From Spirochaetia bacterium (GTDB taxonomy: Bacteria; Spirochaetota; Spirochaetia; DSM-2461), in contig OY764216.1 in assembly GCA_963668315.1 (NCBI GenBank), positions 576,001-640,000 of the forward strand: 64,000 nt of DNA. Reading direction: 5' to 3'. The notes under the pieces were generated by a model. That model saw only the letters and a program-made list of their open reading frames with translations. It did no database searches and was not told the DNA's origin. The position numbers and the translations under genes are program-made. Below are positions 9,239-18,454 of the stretch, piece after piece. How positions within the stretch are numbered: position 1 is the first letter of the stretch; the number at the start of each line of letters is the position of its first letter.

Positions 9239-10369
9239 TCAAAGAGCTTTCAGATAAAGCTCCCGTAAATCCCCTTTCGAAAAGAGAGCCGGATGATTTT
9301 CCATCCCTGCGGCTGAGACTTTCAGGCAGTTCTCCACCATCCAGTCCACATCTTCTTCGAGAACTCCTTCCTGTGAAAGGGATGTCGTCAGACCGATATC
9401 GGCCAAAAGCGCCTTTATCCGCGCCACGCAGTCATGTTCATCCTTGCCGCCGAGAAGCCGGGATATGGCGGCGAACTTTTCGGGGGCTTTATCTATGGAC
9501 GCCTCGAACATCACCGGGGTCAGAGCGGCCAGTCCCCGGCCGTGTACGATGTTTCTTAAACCGCTCGCCGGATGCTCCGCCCCGTGGGGTGCGGTTACCC
9601 CGGCGCTGTTAATAACCATCCCTCCGATGGTACTGGCCAGGGAAAGCTTCTCCCAGGCGGCCCCGTCAGCGTAATCATGATATACTTTCGGAAGCGCTTC
9701 GGCGGCCAGGGCGATTCCTTCAAGGGCAAGAGCCGCCGTCAGGGGCTGGCAGATTTTTGAGAGGTAAGCCTCCATATTATGGCATAGCGCATCAAATCCG
9801 ACGGAAGCGAGGATAGGGCGCGGCATGGTGACCATCAGTTCAGGATCGACAATGGATGCCCTGGCGATAATGGCCGGGCACCTCAGGGATTTCTTATCCT
9901 TCGTTACGGGATGGGAAAGCACGGCGAATCCGTTTCCTTCGCTTCCCGTTCCGCAGGTGGTGGGAACAAGAATAAGGGGAAGCGCCCTGTCGGAGGCTTT
10001 TATCCCGAAAATGTAATCGGAAATGTCCCCCTCGTTCAAGGCGAGAAAGGCGATTCCCTTGGCCGCGTCCATGATGCTTCCGCCGCCCAGTCCGACAACC
10101 ACATCACAACCCTCTTTCACGGCGAGGGCGGCCCCTTCAGAAGCCGTCGTGGTAAGCGGGTTCTGTTCCACCCTGTCGAAAATGACAGAAGCGACACCCG
10201 CCTCATTCAGATAGCCGACGGCACGGTCCAAAAGTCCGCTCTTCTTCGTACTGTTCCTGCCGGTAACGATAAGGGCTTTTCTGCCCTGTCGGGCGGTCCA
10301 TGTTCCCACTTCACGGACGCGGCCGTTGCCGAAAACAATATTTACAGGGAGATGATAATTAAATTTCAT
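9239..10369 (-). CDS. Iron-containing alcohol dehydrogenase
   Basis: GLGGGSIMDAAK, PTTCGTGSE, DALCH and HGAEH...HG metal ligands. Last gene of the sigma54 operon. Confidence 0.95.
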   Translation of the reverse strand: MKFNYHLPVNIVFGNGRVREVGTWTARQGRKALIVTGRNSTKKSGLLDRAVGYLNEAGVASVIFDRVEQNPLTTTASEGAALAVKEGCDVVVGLGGGSIMDAAKGIAFLALNEGDISDYIFGIKASDRALPLILVPTTCGTGSEGNGFAVLSHPVTKDKKSLRCPAIIARASIVDPELMVTMPRPILASVGFDALCHNMEAYLSKICQPLTAALALEGIALAAEALPKVYHDYADGAAWEKLSLASTIGGMVINSAGVTAPHGAEHPASGLRNIVHGRGLAALTPVMFEASIDKAPEKFAAISRLLGGKDEHDCVARIKALLADIGLTTSLSQEGVLEEDVDWMVENCLKVSAAGMENHPALFSKGDLRELYLKAL

Positions 10370-10401
10370 GGTTTTTCCTTTCGCTCTTTGTTCCAGTGTT
10401 T

Positions 10402-11808
10402 TTATCGGCGGATATTTTCCAGGCCGAAGTCTTCCGGCAGAGGAGAGTGGTAGAGCTCCGGATTGTTCAGCAGGAACTCTTCCCGGGCATTTTTCAGCAG
10501 TTCAGTTCCATTATGGAAGAGATCCCACAGACTTCCCCCCAGCACTTTTGCGGCGGTCATCATCGCTTTGAAAGCCATGGGTGACCCGGAGGCGGCCGAA
10601 GCCTGCCAGGAGTGGGAGGCCGTACCGATGGGCCATGTGCCCGTGGTGAACTGGGCGGTGGGGGTTATCCGGCTCACGTCTCCCACATCGGTCGATCCGG
10701 CCATGCACATTCCCCGGTCCCGGTTTTCCAGAATATCCCCGTGAAGAAGGGAATCCTTCAGGGAAAGGGGAGCGTACAGGCCCCTCAGGGAACCGGTTTT
10801 CTGCGCCTCGGTATATTCCCGGCTGAGCTCCCGGGCGAACTCTTCGTCGGCCCTGTCAAAGTCGGGAGCGCCGGCTTCCCGTAAATTTTTCAGCAGAAGA
10901 TTCCCCAGAACCTCATTGGGCATCACATCGTAGCAGGCGGCGTCCATCTCGTAGGAGACCGATGTTTCGGTCATAAGGGCGGCGCCTTGGGCGATTTTTA
11001 CCAACCTGTCAAAAATCTCGTCCACCTGGCTTCGCTCGGGAGCCCTCAGATAGTACCAGACCGAAGCGCTGGCCGGGACGATATTGGGCTCCCCTCCCCC
11101 TTCGGTTATGCTGTAATGAAGGCGGGCCGCATCGGGAATATGCTCCCGCAGATAGTTCGCTCCGATGTTCATAAGCTCCACCCCGTCCAGGGCGCTCCGT
11201 CCCGATTCGGGGGAGGCCGCCGCATGGGCCGCCTTGCCGGTAAAATGGAAATGAACCGAATCGAAGGCCAGGAAACGGCAGCCCCACACCGTATTAAGAC
11301 TGGAAGGGTGCCAGGTCAGGCAGGCATCCAGATCGTCGAAAACCCCTTTCCGGGCCATAAGGACTTTACCCGAAAGTCTCTCCTCCGCCGGGCAGCCGTA
11401 AAAGCGGATCGTACCGTCCAGCCCTTCTGCTGCCAGCAGTTCCTTTGCCGCTACAGCTGCCGCAGCGGAAGCCGTTCCCAATAAGTTATGGCCGCAGCCG
11501 TGACCGTATGCCGTTTCGCTGCGGGGCCGGAGACGGGGTTCCCTAGTCTGAGACAGTCCCTTAAGGGCGTCATACTCCCCGGCCACACCGATGCGGGGAT
11601 ACCCCTTTCCGTATTCGGCGATAAAGGCCGTGGGAACACCCTCCACGGGTTTGATGGTAAAACCCTCTCTCTGAAGGGCCTCCTTTAAAAGCCCCGAAGC
11701 GAACTCTTCCCCGTATCCCGGCTCGGGTTTCTCCCAGATTTTATCGGCCAGAGAGAAAAACTCCTTCTTCCGGGAATCCAAATAGGTAAAAAGCTCACTT
11801 TTATTCAT
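10402..11808 (-). CDS. M20 amidohydrolase, AbgB-like (aminobenzoyl-glutamate utilization protein B family)
   Basis: EYDAL, GHGCGHNLLG, GCPAEE, WHP, GSTDVGDVS. Several tandem ATGs (11820-11808); 11808 has the best SD spacing. Confidence 0.9.
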   Translation of the reverse strand: MNKSELFTYLDSRKKEFFSLADKIWEKPEPGYGEEFASGLLKEALQREGFTIKPVEGVPTAFIAEYGKGYPRIGVAGEYDALKGLSQTREPRLRPRSETAYGHGCGHNLLGTASAAAAVAAKELLAAEGLDGTIRFYGCPAEERLSGKVLMARKGVFDDLDACLTWHPSSLNTVWGCRFLAFDSVHFHFTGKAAHAAASPESGRSALDGVELMNIGANYLREHIPDAARLHYSITEGGGEPNIVPASASVWYYLRAPERSQVDEIFDRLVKIAQGAALMTETSVSYEMDAACYDVMPNEVLGNLLLKNLREAGAPDFDRADEEFARELSREYTEAQKTGSLRGLYAPLSLKDSLLHGDILENRDRGMCMAGSTDVGDVSRITPTAQFTTGTWPIGTASHSWQASAASGSPMAFKAMMTAAKVLGGSLWDLFHNGTELLKNAREEFLLNNPELYHSPLPEDFGLENIRR

Positions 11809-12808
11809 CATCATCTCCATCGATCATATGGCAGGCCACCCAATGGCCCGGTTCCTTCTCCCTCAGTTCCGGCCGCTTTTCCCGACAGAGGGCGCAGGCT
11901 TTCGGGCAGCGGGTCTGAAAGGCGCATCCCGGAGGGGGAGAAGACGGACTGGGAAGCTCCCCGTTCAGTACGGGGGGGGTATCCCTCCTCTCCCGGTCGA
12001 GGACCGCCTGGGGAATGGCGCTGATCAGCTGCTGCGTATAGGGATGCATGGGATTATCGAACAGACGGTCCGTATCTGTCAACTCGGCTATCCGTCCCAG
12101 GTAGATCACGGCAACCCGGTCACAGATATGACGGACCACCGAAAGGTCATGGGAGATAAACATATAGGAGAGCTCCCTGTCCTTCTGCAAATCCATCAAC
12201 AGGTTCAGGATCTGGGACTGAATGGACACATCCAGGGCGGATACCGGCTCGTCGCAGATTATCAGGTCGGGATTCATAATCAGAGCCCGGGCGATAACGA
12301 TTCTCTGCCTCTGTCCCCCGGAAAACTCATGGGGGTAGCGATCAATCTGGTCCCGGTTCAGCCCCACCTGCTCAAAGATATCGGCCACCTTCTTCTTAAG
12401 CTCCCCCTTGCTGATTTTCTGATGCACCATTAACGCCTCGCCGACGCTGGTTCCCACGGGAATACGCGGATTCAGGGAGGACATGGGATCCTGAAAAATC
12501 ACCTGCATCTTCTTCCGCACCCGGCTGAGCGTACTGCTGTCAGCATTCACCAGGTTCTCCCCCTGAAAGAAAATGGCTCCGTCCGTGGGATTGATAAAGC
12601 GGAGCACCGCATTGCCCAGGGTAGACTTGCCGCAGCCCGATTCGCCTACCACGCCGAAGGTCTCTCCCGCTCGTATATCAAAGGAGACATCGTCAACGGC
12701 ATGAATACGGCCGGTCTCTTTACCCAGAAGTCCGGCCCTGACGGGAAAATGGACCTTAAGATTTCTCACGCTCAGCACGTTTCTCTTACTGCTTATCTGC
12801 TCTTTCAT
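11801..12808 (-). CDS. Oligopeptide/dipeptide ABC transporter ATP-binding protein (OppF/DppF-like)
   Basis: [25 protein letters not shown]-terminal GCAFQTRC...C...ACH. Start likely ATG 12808. Confidence 0.95.
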   Translation of the reverse strand: MKEQISSKRNVLSVRNLKVHFPVRAGLLGKETGRIHAVDDVSFDIRAGETFGVVGESGCGKSTLGNAVLRFINPTDGAIFFQGENLVNADSSTLSRVRKKMQVIFQDPMSSLNPRIPVGTSVGEALMVHQKISKGELKKKVADIFEQVGLNRDQIDRYPHEFSGGQRQRIVIARALIMNPDLIICDEPVSALDVSIQSQILNLLMDLQKDRELSYMFISHDLSVVRHICDRVAVIYLGRIAELTDTDRLFDNPMHPYTQQLISAIPQAVLDRERRDTPPVLNGELPSPSSPPPGCAFQTRCPKACALCREKRPELREKEPGHWVACHMIDGDDDE

Positions 12809-12812
12809 TCCG

Positions 12813-13784
12813 TTATCCCTCACTCTTCCCGCTGTGGTAACAGGCAACCCTATGGTTCCCCTCCCCCACGCCTGTCAAGGGGGGCGCTTCACGGAAACAT
12901 TCGCCCTCTGCGAATTCGCAGCGCGTATTGAACCGGCATCCCACGGGCCAGGCCGAAGGATCGGGTACAATGCCGGGGATCGTATTAAGCTTCTCCTTCC
13001 TCTTTCCCTTCAGTCCGGGGATACTGGCCAGAAGGGCCTTGGTATAGGGATGCTCCGGTTGTGAAAAAAGGGAAGTGATGCTCCCCGATTCCACAATCTT
13101 TCCAGCATACATAACGGCCACATCGTCGGCAACTTCCGCTACCACTCCCATGTCATGGGTTATGATGATGACCGCCGTGCCCGTTTCCCGGGCCAGTTCC
13201 TTAATCAGATGGAGGATCTGGGCCTGAATCGTCACATCCAGGGCGGTGGTCGGCTCATCGGCCAGAAGCACCGCCGGTTTACACACGAGGGCCGTGGCAA
13301 TCATGACCCGCTGACACATTCCCCCGGAAAGCTCGAAGGGATACTGGTTCATCCTCTCTTCCGGATCGGGAATCCCCACCTTCTTCAGAATGGAAACGGC
13401 CTTCTCCCGGGCTTCCTTCTCCGAACAGGAGGAGTGAGACCGGATGGCCTCCATAATCTGCTTTCCCACGGTCATCAGCGGATCCAGGTCGGAGGCCGGC
13501 TCCTGGAAGATAATGGAAATCTCGTTTCCCCGAATCTTCTGCATCTCCTTCTCGCTGAACCCCGAGATCTCCCGGCCCAGCAGTTGCAGGGAGTCGGCTT
13601 CGATAACCGCCTGTCTGGGAAGAAGCCTCATCAGGGAGAGGGCGGTCATACTTTTTCCGCAGCCCGATTCCCCCACCAGGGCCAGAATCTTCCCCTTCTC
13701 CAGAGAAAAGCTGATGGTCTCCACGATGTTCTTGCCGTCTATACTCACGGATAGTTCTCTTACGTCGATGACTGTCTCACTCAT
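12813..13784 (-). CDS. Oligopeptide/dipeptide ABC transporter ATP-binding protein (OppD/DppD-like)
   Basis: [29 protein letters not shown]-terminal Cys motif. Confidence 0.95.
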   Translation of the reverse strand: MSETVIDVRELSVSIDGKNIVETISFSLEKGKILALVGESGCGKSMTALSLMRLLPRQAVIEADSLQLLGREISGFSEKEMQKIRGNEISIIFQEPASDLDPLMTVGKQIMEAIRSHSSCSEKEAREKAVSILKKVGIPDPEERMNQYPFELSGGMCQRVMIATALVCKPAVLLADEPTTALDVTIQAQILHLIKELARETGTAVIIITHDMGVVAEVADDVAVMYAGKIVESGSITSLFSQPEHPYTKALLASIPGLKGKRKEKLNTIPGIVPDPSAWPVGCRFNTRCEFAEGECFREAPPLTGVGEGNHRVACYHSGKSEG

Positions 13785-13787
13785 TAC

Positions 13788-14624
13788 TTATCTCCGTATG
13801 CTGTGGGGATCCAGAATATCCCGTAAAAAGTCCCCGATCATGTTGACCGAGAGGACCAGAAAGAAGAGGCAGAACCCGGGAAAGCTGGTGATCCACCAGG
13901 CGATGGAGAGGTAATTTCTCCCCGTACTCAGAATCGCCCCCCAGCTGGGCGTGGGCGGCTGAACCCCCAGTCCCAGAAAGGAGAGGCTGGCCTCGAAAAG
14001 AATCATCAAGCCGAATTCCAGGGTCATCACCACAATCAGGGGAGCGGCGATATTGGGAATGATGTGCCGGATGAAAATGGTCGGCACAGGCACTCCGGCG
14101 AACCGGGCGGCCCGCACATAGGGTTTATCCGCCACGGTCAGGGTCTGGGCATAGGAGACCCGGGCGTAACGGGGCCAGCGTGTAAAACCGAGGACAAATA
14201 TCAGGTTTCCCAGTCCGGGACCGACAACGGCAACCGTCAGAATAGCCAGCAGGATGGGCGGGATGGACAGAACGATATCGACAATCCTCATGATAATCAC
14301 CGCGACCATTCCCTTGTAGTATCCGGCCAGCATTCCCAGCCAGGTCCCGGCGACGGTCGAAACGACCACGGAGAGAAAAGCGACCAGCAGGGAGATGCGC
14401 GTTCCGTAGATGATGCGGCTCAGGAGATCCCGGCCCAGCTCATCGGTCCCCAGAAGATGGATGCCCCCGTCGGTGACCGTTCCCGGAGGCTTCAGCCGAT
14501 GGAGAAGATCCTGCTTTACCGGATCGAAGGGAGCGAAAACCGGCGCGAACAAAGCCGCGACAAGAAAAAACAGGATGATGGCGGCAAATACATAAATCAG
14601 TATATTATTTTTAATCTTGATCAT
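13788..14624 (-). CDS. Dpp/Opp ABC transporter permease (DppC-like)
   Basis: HLLGTDELGRDLLSR, RHIIPN, LSFLGLGVQPPTPSWG. Confidence 0.95.
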   Translation of the reverse strand: MIKIKNNILIYVFAAIILFFLVAALFAPVFAPFDPVKQDLLHRLKPPGTVTDGGIHLLGTDELGRDLLSRIIYGTRISLLVAFLSVVVSTVAGTWLGMLAGYYKGMVAVIIMRIVDIVLSIPPILLAILTVAVVGPGLGNLIFVLGFTRWPRYARVSYAQTLTVADKPYVRAARFAGVPVPTIFIRHIIPNIAAPLIVVMTLEFGLMILFEASLSFLGLGVQPPTPSWGAILSTGRNYLSIAWWITSFPGFCLFFLVLSVNMIGDFLRDILDPHSIRR

Positions 14625-15550
14625 GATGATTTTTCCTGAAGTTTAATCCTCGGATCCACAATGCTGTAGAGAATATCCGCTATCAGATTGAGAAAGATGT
14701 AGACGAAGGAGCCGAGCAGGACGATGGCCTGAACCACGTTAAAGTCCCGCCCGTTGATGGCTTGGATGGCCAGCTGCCCCAGACCGGGCCAGGCGAATAC
14801 GGTTTCCACGATGACCGCGCCGGCCAGCAGAGTCGCCAGTTCAATGGCGGCTATGGTAATAAGGGGAATCGACGAGTTTCTGAAGACGTGGCGGAAGAAA
14901 ACCTTTCCGAAGGAGATTCCCTTGGCCCGGGCGGCCCGCACGTAGGGCTTGTCCATCTCCTCTATGATACTGGTCCGCAGAATCCGGGCGAAGGTTGCCA
15001 TGGAGAGGGCTCCCAGGCTCACGGCGGGCAGAATAATCGCCCCGGCTCCTTCGGCCCCGGACGAGGGCAGAATCCTCCACCGGATCGAGAAAAGCATGAT
15101 CAGGAGAATCCCGGACCAGAAGGTTGGCATGCTCTGCCCGACCAGAACCAGGGGCATCAGGATTTTCTCTGTCGCCTTTCCGTGCTTGAGGCCCGCCGCG
15201 ATTCCCACGGGGATTCCGATGCCCACGGCCACGACCAGGGAGGCCAGGGCCAGGGTAAGCGTATAGGGTATCCGGGAGGCCAGGATCTCGGACACCGGCA
15301 GATTCTGCACGTAGGAGGTCCCCAGGTCACAATGGAGCAGCTGCCCCAGATAGCTTAAGTATTGAACAATTAATGGCTGATCGAATCCCAGCTGGGAACG
15401 CAGGCGGGCCACATCTTCGGCCGTGGCTGTCTCAGGCAGCAGAAGAAGGGTCGGATCCCCGGCGAAATGGAGGATAATAAAAACAAGGGTGATAACTCCC
15501 CACAGAGCCAGGAGAGTCTGCAGCAGACGCTTTATTAAAAATTGTACCAT
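14621..15550 (-). CDS. Dpp/Opp ABC transporter permease (DppB-like)
   Basis: GDP, DLGTS, YVRAARAKG, VETVFAWPGLG, DPRI. Start ATG 15550 has SD AAGGAA. Confidence 0.95.
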   Translation of the reverse strand: MVQFLIKRLLQTLLALWGVITLVFIILHFAGDPTLLLLPETATAEDVARLRSQLGFDQPLIVQYLSYLGQLLHCDLGTSYVQNLPVSEILASRIPYTLTLALASLVVAVGIGIPVGIAAGLKHGKATEKILMPLVLVGQSMPTFWSGILLIMLFSIRWRILPSSGAEGAGAIILPAVSLGALSMATFARILRTSIIEEMDKPYVRAARAKGISFGKVFFRHVFRNSSIPLITIAAIELATLLAGAVIVETVFAWPGLGQLAIQAINGRDFNVVQAIVLLGSFVYIFLNLIADILYSIVDPRIKLQEKSS

Positions 15551-15577
15551 TACTGTTCCTTTTCGGCCTGATCTCAT

Positions 15578-15610
15578 CTCCTGCCGGATATACGGGACAT
15601 CCGGCAGGAG
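15578..15610. repeat. Intra-operon stem-loop after the solute-binding gene (probable mRNA stabiliser)
   Basis: Perfect 12-bp inverted repeat CTCCTGCCGGAT-N9-ATCCGGCAGGAG; no U-tract. Confidence 0.65.
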
Positions 15611-15621
15611 GATTCAGAGAA

Positions 15622-17160
15622 TCAGGAATTGCCCCACTTCATATCCATAATGAAAAGACCTTCGTCGGCCATGGGTTTCCACTGCAGCTCGCTGGCTGCG
15701 CCATAGATAATTCCCACCTCGTAGAGGGGAATCACAGGAATCTCATCCTGAACGATCTGATGAGCTTCCCGGTAGAACTTCTTCCGAACTTCAATGTCCA
15801 TGGAAGTCCGGGCGCCGTCAAGGGCGCTGTCCAGAGCCTCGTTTTTAATCGTCGTCCACTGGCTGCCGGAGTAGAGCATGGGGTACATGATGCCGTCCGC
15901 ATCCTGAACACCGCCGGACCATCGGCCGAAGCTGGTGGTATCCTTGCTGTCATCGGACTGCATGTGCTGAAGAAAGGTGGACATGTCCATGGCGACGATT
16001 TTAACATTCAGACCCACATCGCTCAACATCTGCTGAATGGCGGCGACCACTCTCTGGTCGAAGGTTGCCGGGGCCGTCAGCAATTCGATCTCTTTGTTCC
16101 CGATGCCCGATTCCGCAACAAGGGCCTTGGCTTTTTCCGGATCGTAGGGATAGCCTTTGAAGGAGGCATCGTAACCGAAGGAGGTAATTCCCACCATGAC
16201 GTTGGCGACTTTGGAGTATCCCCCCTTGAGACCGTCGACAATCAGGTTCTTATCGATGGCATAGGCGATAGCCTGTCTTACCTTGATATCGGCGGTAGGA
16301 CCGTAAAGGGTATTAATCCTGAAGTAGGCGATTCTCTCTGTGGGAACGGAGAGGACCTTGATATCGGGGTTGCTCTCCACCTGAACGGCCAGGTCCTCAT
16401 CAAGACTGGTAATAAGATCGCTCTTGCCGGTCTGCAGATTCGCCAGACGGGTGGATTTCTCGGGAACGGCATGGAATTCAACAGTCTTGAAAGGAGGGGT
16501 TCCACCCCAGTAACTCTCATTGGCTTCTACGACAACCTTGATACCCTTTTCCCAGGAAACGAACTTATAGGGACCGCTTCCCATGGGGTTTTTGTTGAAC
16601 TCCTCATTGCCGACCTTTTCCACGTAAGCCCTGGGCACGATACTCAGCTTGACCAGCTGGGCCAGAAGGACGGGATAGGGCTTTGCCGTGGTCAGCCGCA
16701 TGGTGTTTTCATCCACAGCCTCGGCTTTGGTAATGGCGTTGAACGAACCGGTCTGGGGGCTCTTCAGCTCAGGATCGAGCACACGGAGCACGGAGTAGAC
16801 CGCATCGTCGACAGTCAGGGGTGTGCCGTCCTGGAATTTGATATCCCCTCTGATTTTGAAATCGATAACCGTATCGCTGATAAAATCCCAGGATTCAGCG
16901 ACCTTGGGAATGATATTTCCGCCCGTATCGCGGGTCAGAAGATTGTCAAAAATGTTCCGGTACACATAAAAGCTGCTGGGGTTCCACTGCAGGTGGGGGT
17001 CAAGGGTGGTGGGTTCGCTGACCAGATCGATCACCAGGACATCCTTGGTGACTTCGGCGGGGGCCTGAGCGGTCTCCACGTTTTTTTTCTGACAGCCGCT
17101 TAACAGCAGAAGCAGGGCAAAAAGGGGCAGTAAGGTTCTCTTTAACAAACTACTTTTCAT
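15622..17160 (-). CDS. ABC transporter family-5 substrate-binding lipoprotein (DppA/OppA-like)
   Basis: Lipobox LLSG-C; LDP, FQDGTPLT, GSGPYKF, VRQAIAYAID. Confidence 0.95.
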   Translation of the reverse strand: MKSSLLKRTLLPLFALLLLLSGCQKKNVETAQAPAEVTKDVLVIDLVSEPTTLDPHLQWNPSSFYVYRNIFDNLLTRDTGGNIIPKVAESWDFISDTVIDFKIRGDIKFQDGTPLTVDDAVYSVLRVLDPELKSPQTGSFNAITKAEAVDENTMRLTTAKPYPVLLAQLVKLSIVPRAYVEKVGNEEFNKNPMGSGPYKFVSWEKGIKVVVEANESYWGGTPPFKTVEFHAVPEKSTRLANLQTGKSDLITSLDEDLAVQVESNPDIKVLSVPTERIAYFRINTLYGPTADIKVRQAIAYAIDKNLIVDGLKGGYSKVANVMVGITSFGYDASFKGYPYDPEKAKALVAESGIGNKEIELLTAPATFDQRVVAAIQQMLSDVGLNVKIVAMDMSTFLQHMQSDDSKDTTSFGRWSGGVQDADGIMYPMLYSGSQWTTIKNEALDSALDGARTSMDIEVRKKFYREAHQIVQDEIPVIPLYEVGIIYGAASELQWKPMADEGLFIMDMKWGNS

Positions 17161-17203
17161 TTTTCTCTCCTAAAATGATTATTCAACCGGATGAATTTAT
17201 TTC

Positions 17204-18199
17204 CTAGAAATCATCATCCAGAACTTTTGAGAACAGGTAGGACCAGTCTCCCGGATTAATGACGCTGATACTCCAGTACCCGATGACGACTCCGTCGAAG
17301 GGGGCAATTATCTCCGAAAGCTTGTGTCCGAAGAAATCCTTGACCACGGCCAGGACCTCCCCTTTCTGAACCATCTCACCGGGTTTCTTCAGGGGAACAT
17401 GAATACCGCCCGTATCGGTATGGATATAGTGAAGCTCCGTATCCATCTGGTTCTCCACGGGAGCGGCGTCGCCTTCCAGCATTCCCAGGAATTTCATGAC
17501 ATTGAAGATTCCGTCGCTGCAGATGGCCACATTCTTGTCTCTGTCGTAGAAACGGGCGCAATGGGAACCCACTTCGGGAAGAATCATGGGAACACCCTTC
17601 TTTCTGGCTTCGATGATGGAAACCCCTTCGAAGGGAAGATTCTGCATCCGCCAGGTGTATTCCGTACCGAAAGCCTTGGCCATCTCCCGAACCAGGTTTC
17701 TGTTTTCGTCATCAACAGGCTGATAACCGACAATCGGCTCCAGATAAAGGACGTCTCCTCCTCCATGGAAAGTGATGCCGTAATCCGCCTGGGGAACAAT
17801 CTCGTTAATGTAGGTATGGGCGATCCTGTGGGTGATAAACTTATTCGGGTCACCGGGAAAAATCCGGTTCAGGTTCGTTGAATCGATAGACGAAATACGG
17901 TCCAGAGCGGCATAGGCGTCCAGATTGAGAACAGGTATGGCCAGGAGTGTTCCCCTGAATTCCATTCCCATCAGCTTGTCTGCCACGTCGATGATCGCTT
18001 CGGTTCCTTCGAATTCATCTCCGTGGGTACAGGCATCCACCAGCAGAGTCGGACCTTCCTGCTCACCGCGGATGATAATCACGGGGATTCGCACCCAGCT
18101 GCCGTCCGGTTTCAAGCCGATATTCAGAAAACCCTCTTCCCGTTTTCCGCCCTCAAAGACACGACTGTCACTAAGCTTCAAATTCATATTACTTTGCAT
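17204..18199 (-). CDS. Succinylglutamate desuccinylase/aspartoacylase-family (M14) deacylase
   Basis: HGDE zinc motif, NLNRIFPG, FHGG, C-terminal biotinyl-like domain (APFDGVV); SD AAGGAG. Confidence 0.92.
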   Translation of the reverse strand: MQSNMNLKLSDSRVFEGGKREEGFLNIGLKPDGSWVRIPVIIIRGEQEGPTLLVDACTHGDEFEGTEAIIDVADKLMGMEFRGTLLAIPVLNLDAYAALDRISSIDSTNLNRIFPGDPNKFITHRIAHTYINEIVPQADYGITFHGGGDVLYLEPIVGYQPVDDENRNLVREMAKAFGTEYTWRMQNLPFEGVSIIEARKKGVPMILPEVGSHCARFYDRDKNVAICSDGIFNVMKFLGMLEGDAAPVENQMDTELHYIHTDTGGIHVPLKKPGEMVQKGEVLAVVKDFFGHKLSEIIAPFDGVVIGYWSISVINPGDWSYLFSKVLDDDF

Positions 18200-18271
18200 T
18201 ATGACTCCTTAATTCCGATGGTGCTTAACATCATCATTTTCTCTTCAAGTACTTGTTTCAGACACCCTAAT

Positions 18272-18289
18272 CGCAATAAGCATGCCAAA
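18272..18289 (-). promoter_or_regulatory. Sigma54 (-24/-12) promoter of the deacylase-Dpp operon
   Basis: Minus strand reads TTTGGCATGCTTATTGCG: GG-N10-GC with TGGCA and TTGC elements, ~70 nt upstream of the ATG and next to a sigma54 activator gene. Confidence 0.85.
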
Positions 18290-18454
18290 AGGAGAGTTTT
18301 TCCCTTTCTTACAATTGTGAAATTTCAAGGAGAGAAAAAAGGAGTTTTTACTTTTGCGTACTTTTCTGAAGGAGGCAAAAAGAGAATTTCAAGAAAAGTT
18401 ATGCGAAGGGATTCTTTTACGGGTTTTAATGGGATGCCCATTTCTCCCCATTTA

